Origin: Trueperaceae bacterium
GTDB lineage: Bacteria; Deinococcota; Deinococci; Deinococcales; Trueperaceae
NCBI GenBank assembly: GCA_965213705.1
Contig: OZ243913.1
Location: 3,200,001 to 3,264,000, forward strand
Length of the DNA: 64,000 nt
Direction: 5' to 3'
Shown here piece after piece: positions 63,889 to 64,000 of the stretch. Each line of letters opens with the position of its first letter. The stretch's first letter is position 1. Position numbers and translations under genes: made by a program. Below the pieces are notes generated by a model that did not search any database, had not been told where the DNA came from, and saw only the letters and a list, made by a program, of their open reading frames with translations.

Positions 63889-64000
63889 TGCTCGACCGCG
63901 CTTTGTGCTCGACACAAACACATTGGTGAGCGCCGCTTTGTTTCCACATGGACTACCGGGTCGGGTTTTAGACAAAGTAGTAGCTGAGGGCTTGCTCATC
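63881..64000 (+). CDS. PIN-family toxin (partial; runs off the window)
   Basis: MSDARPRFVLDTNTLVSAALF; overlaps the antitoxin stop. Confidence 0.8.
   Translation, partial: MSDARPRFVLDTNTLVSAALFPHGLPGRVLDKVVAEGLLI

Overview
This is a GC-rich bacterial chromosomal window, most likely Deinococcota (Trueperaceae/Truepera-like). That assignment is inferred from many leaderless genes with TANNNT just upstream of the start, a DR_B0118-like ferritin, a 3D-domain protein and very frequent CTCGAG. Content is mostly housekeeping and metabolic: hemG (partial), rimK with its protease, infC-rpmI-rplT, udgB, hslO, an MrfA-like helicase, glycosyltransferases, a cobalamin-riboswitch Btu operon followed by three tandem histidine phosphatases, tgt, proC, ansA, argG/argH, a kynA-LIV-aminotransferase cluster and two PIN-type toxin-antitoxin pairs. 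I found no rRNA, tRNA, CRISPR array, transposase or prophage. The most notable unexplained signals are: (1) a promoter-fronted, highly structured ~140-nt candidate ncRNA at ~37.2-37.35 kb; (2) two copies of a 101-bp MITE-like element with a covarying, loop-flipped hairpin; (3) an RHH-VapC-KptA/Tpt1 cassette inside the arg locus; (4) a TetR regulon with three visible operators that includes an APCDD1-like secreted protein; (5) an orphan LexA/CI-like repressor with Cys in place of the catalytic Ser; (6) two otherwise intact genes each broken by one in-frame TAG. Family assignments come from motif recognition by eye, not from database searches.
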